Shown here: positions 17,751-25,818 of the stretch, in pieces
How positions within the stretch are numbered: position 1 is the stretch's first letter
How the letters are laid out: the number at the start of each line of letters is the position of its first letter
Assembly (NCBI GenBank): GCA_045805985.1
Contig: JBJMKA010000015.1
Coordinates: forward strand, 31,843-95,842
Direction of reading: 5' to 3'
DNA length: 64,000 nt
Origin: Gaiellaceae bacterium
GTDB lineage: Bacteria > Actinomycetota > Thermoleophilia > Gaiellales > Gaiellaceae
The notes under the pieces: generated by a model
Databases searched by the model: none
Told to the model about the DNA's origin: nothing
What the model saw: the letters and a program-made list of their open reading frames with translations, nothing else
Program-made: the position numbers and the translations under genes

Positions 17751-19254
17751 CGCTGTCGAGCGCCTCGCGGCACGCGTCGGCGAGGCCGTGGGCGCGGACG
17801 TCGAGCTCGAGCGGCCGAAGGATCCGGCGCACGGCGACTTCGCTACGAACGTCGCGATGCGCTCGGCCAAGGCGATCGGACGGTCGCCGCGCGAGTTCGC
17901 GCAGGAGCTCGCGGAGAAGGTCATCGAGCTCGACGAGATCGAGTCGGCTGACGTGGCCGGCCCGGGATTCCTCAACCTGCGCGTCGCTGACCGCTTCTTC
18001 CTCGACGCGCTCGCCGAGGTCGACGAGAGCTACGGCGGCGGCTGGGCGGAGACCCCGGAGCGCGTGCAGGTCGAGATGGTCTCCGCGAACCCGACGGGCC
18101 CGATCGTCGTCTCGGCCGCGCGCAACGGCGCGTACGGCGACTCGGTCGCGCGGCTACTCGAGTTCGCCGGCCACGACGTGTCGCGCGAGTACTACTACAA
18201 CGACGCGGGCCGTCAGATCGACCTCTTCCGCGCGTCCGTCGCTGCGCTGAGGCGCGGTGAGGAGTTGCCCGAGGAGGGGTACAAGGGCGACTATGTCGTC
18301 GAGCTCGCGCAGCTCGAGGGCGATCCGGTTCCGCGCATGCTCGCCTCGATCGAGCGGACGATGGAGCGCTTCCGGATTCATTTCGACAGCTGGGCGCTAC
18401 AGAGCGAGCTCGAGCAGCGCCTCCCCGAGTTCCTGCCGCGGCTCGATACCTACGAGAAGGACGGCGCGCTCTGGGCACGCTCGTCGGCGTACGGCGACGA
18501 CGCCGACTGGGTGATCATCCGCTCGGCCGAGAAGGGCGGCACGCCGACGTATCGCGCGGGCGACATCGTCTACCTGGTCGACAAGCTCGAGCGCGGCCTC
18601 GATCGCGCAATGTACGTGCTCGGCGCCGATCACCACGCGACCGCCAAGTGGTACAAGGCGATCGCGCGGATGCTCGGCTACGACGAGTCGCGCATCGAGG
18701 TGCTGCTCTACCAATTCGTGCACCTGTTGCGGAGCGGTGAGAGTGCGAAGGCGTCAAAGCGCTCCGGCAATGTCTTCCTCCTCGACGACTTCATTGACGA
18801 GGTCGGCGTGGACGCGGCGCGGTGGTACCTCGTCAACCGCGGGCCGGACCAGACGATTGAGATCGACCTCGACCTCGCGGCCGAGAAGTCGCCGAAGAAT
18901 CCGGTGTACTACGTGCAGTACGCGCACGCGCGCATTGCGTCGATCCTGCGTAGCGCGGGCGGTCTGGAGATCGGGGGCCCGCCGCCGGGCCCGCTCGCGA
19001 CGGAGGAGAAGGAGCTGATCAAGCGGCTGACGGACTTCCCGGCGACGGTCCGTGAAGCGACCGAGCGCCGCGGTCCGCAGCTGCTTCCGTCGTATGCGAT
19101 CAGGCTCGCCGACGATTTCCATCGCTTCTACCACGAGCGCCGCGTCCTCGGCGAGCCCGAGCAGGCGTTCCGCCTCGGCCTGATCCGCAAGACGCAGGTC
19201 GTGATCGCGCGCTCGCTCGACCTGATCGGGGTCGAAGCGCCCGAGTCGATGTGA
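17743..19254 (+). CDS. argS: Arginine--tRNA ligase (compact, HIGH histidines absent)
   Basis: N-terminal Arg-tRNA-synthetase domain, SANPTGP segment, DALR anticodon-binding domain (YYVQYAHARIASILR), terminal Met. TTG start overlaps the channel gene's stop. Confidence 0.9.
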   Translation: MGSAVERLAARVGEAVGADVELERPKDPAHGDFATNVAMRSAKAIGRSPREFAQELAEKVIELDEIESADVAGPGFLNLRVADRFFLDALAEVDESYGGGWAETPERVQVEMVSANPTGPIVVSAARNGAYGDSVARLLEFAGHDVSREYYYNDAGRQIDLFRASVAALRRGEELPEEGYKGDYVVELAQLEGDPVPRMLASIERTMERFRIHFDSWALQSELEQRLPEFLPRLDTYEKDGALWARSSAYGDDADWVIIRSAEKGGTPTYRAGDIVYLVDKLERGLDRAMYVLGADHHATAKWYKAIARMLGYDESRIEVLLYQFVHLLRSGESAKASKRSGNVFLLDDFIDEVGVDAARWYLVNRGPDQTIEIDLDLAAEKSPKNPVYYVQYAHARIASILRSAGGLEIGGPPPGPLATEEKELIKRLTDFPATVREATERRGPQLLPSYAIRLADDFHRFYHERRVLGEPEQAFRLGLIRKTQVVIARSLDLIGVEAPESM

Positions 19255-19266
19255 AAGCAAGCTCCT

Positions 19267-19463
19267 GAACCTGGTTCGGCCTGCACGCCACGGGCGACCC
19301 GGCTGTGACGGGCACTGCCGAATCAGGTTCGGCCTCGAGTCGGAACCTGATTCGCGCAACCAGCGACAGACCTCACCGCCGAATGCGGCGCGCGCGAACC
19401 AGGTTCGTGAGTTCCGGTCGCCCAGCGCAAACTCCTGAACCTGGCGCCCCGAATCAGGTTCAG
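19267..19463. repeat. Array of six GAACCWGGTTC-type dyads with alternative helices (argS-glpX spacer)
   Basis: Copies at 19267, 19320, 19343, 19396, 19437 and 19451. Helices: 19267-19280/19317-19330, 19319-19331/19341-19354, 19435-19443/19455-19463. Confidence 0.85.
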
Positions 19464-19500
19464 TCTCGAAGCGCGCCGCTGAACTCTAGGATCAGTCCCG

Positions 19501-20484
19501 GTGAGCACGCCCCGCCCCGACCGCAACCTCGCTCTCGAGCTCGTCCGCGTCACCGAAGCCGCCGCCATGGGCGCCGGCCGCTGGATCGGCCGCGGCGACA
19601 GGAACGCCGCCGACCAGGCGGCCGTCGATGCGATGCGCGCGATGCTCGACACCGTTGTCATGGACGGGGTCGTCGTGATCGGCGAAGGGGAGAAGGACGA
19701 GGCACCAATGCTCTACAACGGCGAGCACATAGGTGCGGGCGGGCCCGAAGTCGACGTCGCTGTCGACCCGCTGGAGGGCACGCGGCTGGCGGCGCTCGGC
19801 CAGCCGAACGCGATTGCTGTGATCGCCGCCGCAGAGCGCGGGTCGATGTTCTTTCCCGGCGGGGCGTTCTACATGGAGAAGATCGCCGCCGGCGCAGATG
19901 CGATCGACGCGATCGACATCAACGCAACGCCCACCGAGAACGTGAACGCGGTCGCGAAGGCGAAGGGCCGGCGGGTGACTGACATTCGCGTCGTCGTGCT
20001 GGAGCGCGAGCGGCACGAGCAGCTGATCGGGGAGCTGCGCCAGGCGGGCGCCCGTGTCAACCTGATCAGGGACGGGGACGTCGCTCCGGCAATCGCGGCC
20101 GCGCGTCCCGAAACGGGTGTCGACCTGCTGTACGGCATCGGCGGCACGCCCGAGGGCGTGATCTCGGCGGCCGCGCTCAAGTGCGTCGGCGGCGGCATTC
20201 AGGGCAAGCTCTGGCCGCGCAACGACGAGGAGCGGCAGGCATTGATCGACACGGGCTACGACCTCGACCGCGTCCTGATGACCGAGGACCTCGTGCAGAG
20301 CGACAACGTCTTCGTCTCCGCGACCGGTGTCACAACCGGGGCGCTTCTACGCGGGATTCGCTATGTCAATGACGGCGCGATCACCGATTCGATCGTCATG
20401 CGCTCTCGCTCCGGCACAGTTCGCCGGATCGAGGCGCGCCACAAACTGAGCAAGCTGACGCATTTCACCGGAAGGGAGTACTGA
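19501..20484 (+). CDS. glpX: Class II fructose-1,6-bisphosphatase
   Basis: Full-length GlpX similarity ([30 protein letters not shown]). GTG start. Confidence 0.93.
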   Translation: MSTPRPDRNLALELVRVTEAAAMGAGRWIGRGDRNAADQAAVDAMRAMLDTVVMDGVVVIGEGEKDEAPMLYNGEHIGAGGPEVDVAVDPLEGTRLAALGQPNAIAVIAAAERGSMFFPGGAFYMEKIAAGADAIDAIDINATPTENVNAVAKAKGRRVTDIRVVVLERERHEQLIGELRQAGARVNLIRDGDVAPAIAAARPETGVDLLYGIGGTPEGVISAAALKCVGGGIQGKLWPRNDEERQALIDTGYDLDRVLMTEDLVQSDNVFVSATGVTTGALLRGIRYVNDGAITDSIVMRSRSGTVRRIEARHKLSKLTHFTGREY

Positions 20485-21398
20485 TGAGCAAGATCGGGCT
20501 GAACGAGCTCGGATACGACGAACGTCTCTACATGCTCGCGTTCGACCATCGAGGGTCGTTCGAGAAGATGGTCGGGGACGTCGAGCTCGTGCCGGGTGCA
20601 AAGACGTTGATCTGGGAGGGGTTCCAGCGCGCGGTCGAGGAGGGTGCGCCCAAGGAGTTCGCGGGCATCCTGGTCGATGCGAAGTACGGGCCGAACGTTG
20701 CGCGTGAGGCGAAGGCCGGCGGCTACAAGCTCGCGATGCCGGTCGAGAAGTCGGGCCAGAACGAGTTCGACTTCGAGTACGGCGAGCAGTTCGGCGAGAA
20801 GATCGAAGAGTGGGACCCCGATTTCAACAAGGTCCTCGTTCGCTACAACCCCGAGGGCGACCAGGAGATGAACGAGCGCCAGACCGCGAGGCTGCTGCGT
20901 CTGTCGGAGTGGCTGCACGAGCATCATCGGAAATTCCTCTTCGAGCTGCTCGTCCCGGCGGAGCCGGCGCAGCTCGAGCAGGTCGGCGGTAGCGAGGAGC
21001 GCTACGACGTCGAGCTGCGGCCGCAGCTGATGATGGAGACGATCCTGCAGCTGCAGAACGCCGGCGTCGAGCCTGACATCTGGAAGATCGAGGGCATCTC
21101 GGATCGCGAGGCCTGCGCCGAGATCGCGCAGCTCGCACGTCGTGAGGGCCGCGATCGCGTGTCGTGTGTCGTGCTCGGCCGCGGCGCCTCCGACGACAAG
21201 GTCGACGAGTGGCTGCGCGCAGGCGCGGGCCTCGACGGCTACATCGGCTTCGCGATCGGACGCTCGATCTTCGCCGAGGCGGTCAAGGCCTACGCGGCGG
21301 ACCCGGCCGGCTTCGACCGCGAAGCGGCGATCGAGGACATCGCCCGCCGCTACCTGCGCTTCATCGAGGTCTACGAGGGCGCGAGCGTCCCCGCGTAG
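20484..21398 (+). CDS. Class I aldolase-like protein (DUF2090 / LacD-fold)
   Basis: ATG shares its A with the glpX TGA. LAFDHRGSF and DIWKIEG (candidate Schiff-base Lys) resemble the tagatose/DKGP-aldolase fold. Exact function not established. Confidence 0.7.
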   Translation: MSKIGLNELGYDERLYMLAFDHRGSFEKMVGDVELVPGAKTLIWEGFQRAVEEGAPKEFAGILVDAKYGPNVAREAKAGGYKLAMPVEKSGQNEFDFEYGEQFGEKIEEWDPDFNKVLVRYNPEGDQEMNERQTARLLRLSEWLHEHHRKFLFELLVPAEPAQLEQVGGSEERYDVELRPQLMMETILQLQNAGVEPDIWKIEGISDREACAEIAQLARREGRDRVSCVVLGRGASDDKVDEWLRAGAGLDGYIGFAIGRSIFAEAVKAYAADPAGFDREAAIEDIARRYLRFIEVYEGASVPA

Positions 21399-21415
21399 AA
21401 GTCTCAAAACCGACG

Positions 21416-21468
21416 GGGGAGGGGCGGCGGGTCGCAGCGTCCTTTGCTGCGAGATCCGCGCCCCTCCC
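21416..21468 (+). terminator. Compound GC-rich hairpin after the aldolase-like gene, followed by a short GAGGC/GCCTC-TTT hairpin
   Basis: GGGAGGGGCG (21417-21426) pairs with CGCCCCTCCC (21459-21468). Inner stem is TCGCAGC/GCTGCGA. A second small hairpin at 21476-21490 is followed by TTTG. Confidence 0.5.
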
Positions 21469-21610
21469 TCAGTCAGAGGCCCCTCGCCTCTTTGCCACCA
21501 CCGGCGTTCTCTCCTGCTGTCCCCGTCGAGCTGAGGGCGCTTCCCATCGGTCTGCTGCGAATAGAGACGCCGGAACGTCGTCAATCTTGCGCGGCTAGGA
21601 TGCTGGCGAC

Positions 21611-21683
21611 GCGGGGATAGCTCAGTTGGTAGAGCATCAGCTTCCCAAGCTGAGGGTCGCGGGTTCGAGCCCCGTTCCCCGCT
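21611..21683 (+). tRNA. tRNA-Gly (anticodon CCC)
   Basis: Manual cloverleaf: GCGGGGA acceptor stem, anticodon loop UUCCCAA, T-loop UUCGAGC, discriminator U. 73 nt, no encoded CCA. Confidence 0.95.
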
Positions 21684-21732
21684 TCGAGACAAACCGAGCG
21701 GAATCGCGGCCGAGCCGCAGGAGGAGACGCTG

Positions 21733-21846
21733 ATGAAAGGCGCCCAGAAGCCCAAGAAAGGCGACAAGAAGCCGGCCCAGAAGACGCTGAAGGAGAAGCG
21801 GCAGGACAAGCGGAACGCCGCGAAGGGCAACTCCGGCCTGCATTAG
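21733..21846 (+). CDS. Unannotated 37-aa lysine-rich basic peptide
   Basis: AGGAGGAG lies 7 nt upstream of the ATG. Sequence MKGAQKPKKGDKKPAQKTLKEKRQDKRNAAKGNSGLH. G/C-ending codons dominate. Too short for the ORF track. Confidence 0.45.
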   Translation: MKGAQKPKKGDKKPAQKTLKEKRQDKRNAAKGNSGLH

Positions 21847-21853
21847 CTTCCGG

Positions 21854-22717
21854 TTAGTAGGCGATCTTCAGCGTCACCGGACGCGACGCGGCAAGCCCGG
21901 TGCTATCGGAGGCCGAGACGACGACGTTGATCCGGCCGCTTCGTTTCGGGACACCGTCGATGCTCCCGCCGGGGCGCAGGCTCAGTCCTCTCGGGAGCGA
22001 ACCGCGCGTGATGCGCCACGTGTAAGGACCGACGCCGCCGCGTGCGGTGAAGCGCGCCGCGTATGTGCGACCCACGCGGGCAACGGGTAGCGGCGCCGCA
22101 TTGATCACGACCGGATCGATGACCTGGTCGATCGCTCGACGAAACAGCGTCGCCATCGCGATAGCGCCTGAGTACACGAGATGCACGCTGTCGCTCTGGA
22201 ACCACGACCAGTGAGGGAGCGCATAGCCGTTCCAGTCGACCACGGTCAGCTCCGGGTGCCGCCGCGCAGCCGCGTCGAGGACCGCGTTCATGTCGAGCCA
22301 CTTCTGTTCGAATCCGCGCAGGTTCGCCCAAAGGATTCTCTGCACGCCGGCACGGAGAAGAGCGGTGATCGATTGCTCCACGCTCTGGGCGAACGTGTCG
22401 TGATCGTCGTTGTAGCCGACCTCGACGAGCACGACTTTCCCGAGCTCCGGCCCGAGGCTGTCCGCGAGGTCGACGAGTGTTGGGACGCGGCTGCCTTCGA
22501 ACGGGCAGCTCTCGCCGGTCAGCAGCCGGCAGACCCCGATCTCGAGCCGCATGTCGAGTCCTTGCTGCAGGATCGCGAGCGGCTGCGGGTTCCACTGCAC
22601 GGCGGTCAGGATCGAGTCCCCGATCACCGTCACCTGCGGCGGTGCCGCGACAGCCGTCTTGGCGCTGCCGGCGAGCGCTGCCAATACAACGACGAGGACT
22701 GCGGCGACCCTCCGCAC
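21854..22717 (-). CDS. Secreted SGNH/GDSL hydrolase with a C-terminal Ig-like domain
   Basis: ORF 21854..22900 trimmed to GTG 22717 (VRRVAAVLVVVLAALAG signal). GDS motif (VTVIGDSIL). C-terminal putative-Ig repeat (GVGPYTWRITRGSLPRGLSL). Confidence 0.75.
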   Translation of the reverse strand: MRRVAAVLVVVLAALAGSAKTAVAAPPQVTVIGDSILTAVQWNPQPLAILQQGLDMRLEIGVCRLLTGESCPFEGSRVPTLVDLADSLGPELGKVVLVEVGYNDDHDTFAQSVEQSITALLRAGVQRILWANLRGFEQKWLDMNAVLDAAARRHPELTVVDWNGYALPHWSWFQSDSVHLVYSGAIAMATLFRRAIDQVIDPVVINAAPLPVARVGRTYAARFTARGGVGPYTWRITRGSLPRGLSLRPGGSIDGVPKRSGRINVVVSASDSTGLAASRPVTLKIAY

Positions 22718-22731
22718 AGCGCGAGGGTAGC

Positions 22732-23196
22732 TCAGGAAAAATGTGGTCGCAGGCGCTCGGCGGTGCGCACCAGCGCTTCCGGCAGCACCTTGACGTCGGC
22801 GAGCACGGGCATGAAGCTCGTGTCGCCGTTCCAGCGCGGGACCACGTGCAGATGGACGTGATCCTCGATGCCGGCGCCCGCGACGCGCCCGAGGTTCCAC
22901 CCGAGGTTGTGCCCGTGGGGCGCGTACTCGTCGCGCAGTGCCTCGACGCCGCGTGCCCCGAGCCGGTGCACCTCGAGCGCCTCGTCGTCCGACAGCAAGC
23001 CGAAGTCGCCGAGATGCCGGTGCGGGGCAATCAGCAGATGGCCGGACGAGTACGGGTACTTGTTCAGCACGACGAGGGCGTGCTCACCGCTGTGGACGAG
23101 CAGCTCTGCCTCGGGCTCGCAAAAGATGCAGCGGTCGAGCTCGTCCGCCTGCTCGATGTACTCGAGGCGCCACGGCGCCCACAGGGGCTTCGGCAC
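22732..23196 (-). CDS. HIT family protein (Ap4A phosphorylase/Rv2613c-like)
   Basis: Histidine triad HVHLHVVPRW and NKYPYSSGHLLIAP. Confidence 0.85.
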   Translation of the reverse strand: MPKPLWAPWRLEYIEQADELDRCIFCEPEAELLVHSGEHALVVLNKYPYSSGHLLIAPHRHLGDFGLLSDDEALEVHRLGARGVEALRDEYAPHGHNLGWNLGRVAGAGIEDHVHLHVVPRWNGDTSFMPVLADVKVLPEALVRTAERLRPHFS

Positions 23197-23201
23197 GGTG
23201 A

Positions 23202-24191
23202 CTACAACCAGCGCTTGAGCCGGAAGAACGCCAGCAGGCTGCCGAGCACGACGGCCATCCCGACGAAGATCGCCCAGAATGCCCAGACCGTGCCGAAGCC
23301 GGGGAAGTGCACGTTCATCCCGAAGAAACCGGTGATCAACGTCAGCGGCAGCAGCACGACCGAGAACACGGTCAGGATCCGCAGCACGTCGTTCTGGCGG
23401 TGCTGGATCACGGACTCGTTCGTGTCCTCGAGCGCCTCGACGACTTCCTTGTAGTTGTCGAGGATGTCCCAGATGCGCTCGGCGGCGTCGACGATGTCGT
23501 CGAAGTAGAGCTCGAGCTCCTCGGGCAGGAAGCGCTCGATGTGACGCTCGAGCACGCGGAGCGTCGAACGCTCCGGCTTGACGATCTTCCGATAGCTGAT
23601 GATCTCCTGCTTGACGTTCGAGATGTCGCGGACGACCTCTTCGGAGCGACCCTCGAACACGTCGTCTTCGAGCGAGTCGAGCTTGTGCCCGATCTTGTCG
23701 AGGATCGGGAAGCAGTAGTCGAAGAGATCGTCGAGCACCTCGTAGAGCAACCGGCCAGAGCCCTTCGAGAAGAGTTGCTCGCGAAACGCCTCGTCCTCCT
23801 CGCAGCGGCGGAAGAGCCGCGTGAGCGGCAGCAGCTCGACGGTCGGAAGCGTGACGAGATAGTCGGGCCCCACGAACACGTCGAGCTCGGCGGCGTTCAG
23901 CCGCTGGATTGCGCGGTCGTACACCGGGAAGTGGAGGACGCCGAAGAGGTACCCCTCGTCGGCGTAGTCGTCGACCTTCGGGCGCTGGCGCTTGGACATC
24001 ACGTCCTCGACGTCGAGCGGGTGCCAGCCGAACCGGTCGGCGAGCTCCTGCGCGCGCGGCAGCGACGGAGCGTCGAGGTGAATCCAGGTAAGGCCGGCCG
24101 CGCTGAGCTCAGCGGGCGGTGACTGCGGCGCCGAGGCGGTGACCACGGTGTCGCGCGCACGAGTGCGCCGGATGCGAGGCAGGCTCGGCAT
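23202..24191 (-). CDS. corA: Magnesium/cobalt transporter CorA
   Basis: Cytoplasmic domain plus two C-terminal TM helices with the GMN motif (FFGMNVHFPG). Confidence 0.93.
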   Translation of the reverse strand: MPSLPRIRRTRARDTVVTASAPQSPPAELSAAGLTWIHLDAPSLPRAQELADRFGWHPLDVEDVMSKRQRPKVDDYADEGYLFGVLHFPVYDRAIQRLNAAELDVFVGPDYLVTLPTVELLPLTRLFRRCEEDEAFREQLFSKGSGRLLYEVLDDLFDYCFPILDKIGHKLDSLEDDVFEGRSEEVVRDISNVKQEIISYRKIVKPERSTLRVLERHIERFLPEELELYFDDIVDAAERIWDILDNYKEVVEALEDTNESVIQHRQNDVLRILTVFSVVLLPLTLITGFFGMNVHFPGFGTVWAFWAIFVGMAVVLGSLLAFFRLKRWL

Positions 24192-24307
24192 CGGTACTGA
24201 GCGGATCCTCGATCAGAGGGATCATCGGCATGTTCGCCATTCTACCCTGCATTCCCGCCTAATCCGCCGGGGGTATCGTCGCCCATGTCGAACCACGGGG
24301 TGCGAAA

Positions 24308-24529
24308 GTGCAGTGGTGGGCGATGCGCCCTGCGCAGAGCCTGAAGCCGGCGAGCTACGTCTGCCCGTTCTGCGACGGGATGCTGCACGCGACGAGCGAG
24401 CATGCGCTGGTTGCGCCCGAGGGCGACGTGTCGAAGCGGCGGCACGCGCACCTGGACTGTGTCGTCGCGGCGCGCAAGCGCGGCGAGCTTCCGACCGAGG
24501 ACGAGTTCGAGAAGCGGAAGCAGCGCTGA
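24308..24529 (+). CDS. Small conserved Cys/His (zinc-binding-like) protein
   Basis: 73-aa ORF. YVCPFCDG ... RRHAHLDCV. Good codon bias. Start is GTG 24308 or ATG 24320. Confidence 0.6.
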   Translation: MQWWAMRPAQSLKPASYVCPFCDGMLHATSEHALVAPEGDVSKRRHAHLDCVVAARKRGELPTEDEFEKRKQR

Positions 24530-24551
24530 GCGCGGTCGCCGAAGCCTGTGG

Positions 24552-24599
24552 ACGAAACGTCACTGTTTCGGGCCTGTGTCTGACACCGGCCATGGCCGG
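24552..24599. repeat. Cluster of palindromes between the Zn-protein gene and tRNA-Arg
   Basis: Hairpin CGAAAC-gtcact-GTTTCG (24552-24569), GTGTCTGACAC (24576-24586), and CCGGCCATGGCCGG (24586-24599). Confidence 0.8.
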
Positions 24600-24714
24600 G
24601 CTGGACAGGGACGTTGGAGATATGCGTCCGGCATGCGACCTCTCGCTCCGCGTTTGGGATCAGACGAGCGCTAGTCGACCTTGTGAAGCGCGGTTGGATT
24701 ACGACTGCGAAAGG

Positions 24715-24787
<73 letters not shown>

Positions 24788-24798
24788 GTGCGCGCACT

Positions 24799-24828
24799 AG
24801 TGTAGCCCCGGTGAAAATGCGGGCTCAA
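24799..24828 (-). promoter_or_regulatory. Candidate tRNA-Arg promoter overlapping the epimerase start
   Basis: Minus strand: TTGAGC (24828-24823), 18-nt spacer, TACACT (24804-24799), 11 nt before the tRNA 5' end. Confidence 0.3.
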
Positions 24829-25818
24829 AAGGTGACGCTGCGGCTCGCGGAGACGTTCACGATCTCCCGTGGCTCGGAGGACGAGGCCGAGGTGGTGCAG
24901 GTCGAGATCGCACTGAACGGCGTCACGGGATTCGGTGAAGCGGCGCCGACCGCGCATTATGACCAGACCGCGGACTCCGCGCTCGCGTGGCTGGAGCGCG
25001 TCACGCTCGGCGGCGATCCGTTCGCGCTCGACGAGATCTTCGAGAGCCTGCCGCCGGGGGAGCAAGCCGCGCGCGCCGCCGTCGATGCGGCGCTCTACGA
25101 CCTGCAGGGGAAGCTGACGGGGCGCCCCGTGTACCAGCTCCTTGGCGTGCGCCCGGTCGGTCCGCCGACGTCGTGGACGATCTGGCTCGGCGATCCGGAT
25201 GACATGGCACGCCGCACGGAGACGATCGCGGCTCGCGGCTTCAAGCGGCTGAAGCTGAAGCTCGGCGGCTTCGACGGTCTCGACGTCGAGCGCGTCAAGG
25301 CGGTGCGCTCGGCGACCGACCTACCCTTGATGTGCGACGCGAACGAAGCGTGGACGTTCGACGAAGCGCTCGAGGTGATCCCGCAGCTGGACGTCGAGTG
25401 CTGCGAGCAGCCGCTGAAGGCGGGCGACCCCGACGGGCCCGCGCTGAAGGTGCGCTCGCCGGTCCCCATCTACGTCGACGAGGACTGCGGCACGCTGGCC
25501 GACGTCGCCGCCTGTGCGGAGCGCGCGCACGGCATCAACATCAAGCTCGCGAAGTCCGGCGGGATTCGCGAAGCCGTGCGCATGACAAGCGCCGCCCGCG
25601 CGCTCGGGCTCGGCGTGATGCTCGGCTGCATGGTCGAGTCCGGGCTCGGCATCGCGGCGGGCGTGCACATCGCGAGCTTGATGGACCACGTCGACCTCGA
25701 CGGAAACCTCCTGCTCGCCGAAGACCCGTGGCCGGGCATCGAGCTCGTCGACGGTGTGCAACGTCCCCCCGATCGTCCCGGACTCGGGGTCGAAAAACAC
25801 GGTGTCCAAGGCGCGTAG
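24817..25818 (+). CDS. Enolase-superfamily dipeptide (L-Ala-D/L-Glu) epimerase / DgcA-like racemase
   Basis: Tail of ORF 24139..25818, whose N-terminus runs through the tRNA. ATG 24817. KLKLG, DANEAW, VDEDC and IKLAKSGG are typical of the MLE subgroup. Confidence 0.88.
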   Translation: MRAQKVTLRLAETFTISRGSEDEAEVVQVEIALNGVTGFGEAAPTAHYDQTADSALAWLERVTLGGDPFALDEIFESLPPGEQAARAAVDAALYDLQGKLTGRPVYQLLGVRPVGPPTSWTIWLGDPDDMARRTETIAARGFKRLKLKLGGFDGLDVERVKAVRSATDLPLMCDANEAWTFDEALEVIPQLDVECCEQPLKAGDPDGPALKVRSPVPIYVDEDCGTLADVAACAERAHGINIKLAKSGGIREAVRMTSAARALGLGVMLGCMVESGLGIAAGVHIASLMDHVDLDGNLLLAEDPWPGIELVDGVQRPPDRPGLGVEKHGVQGA

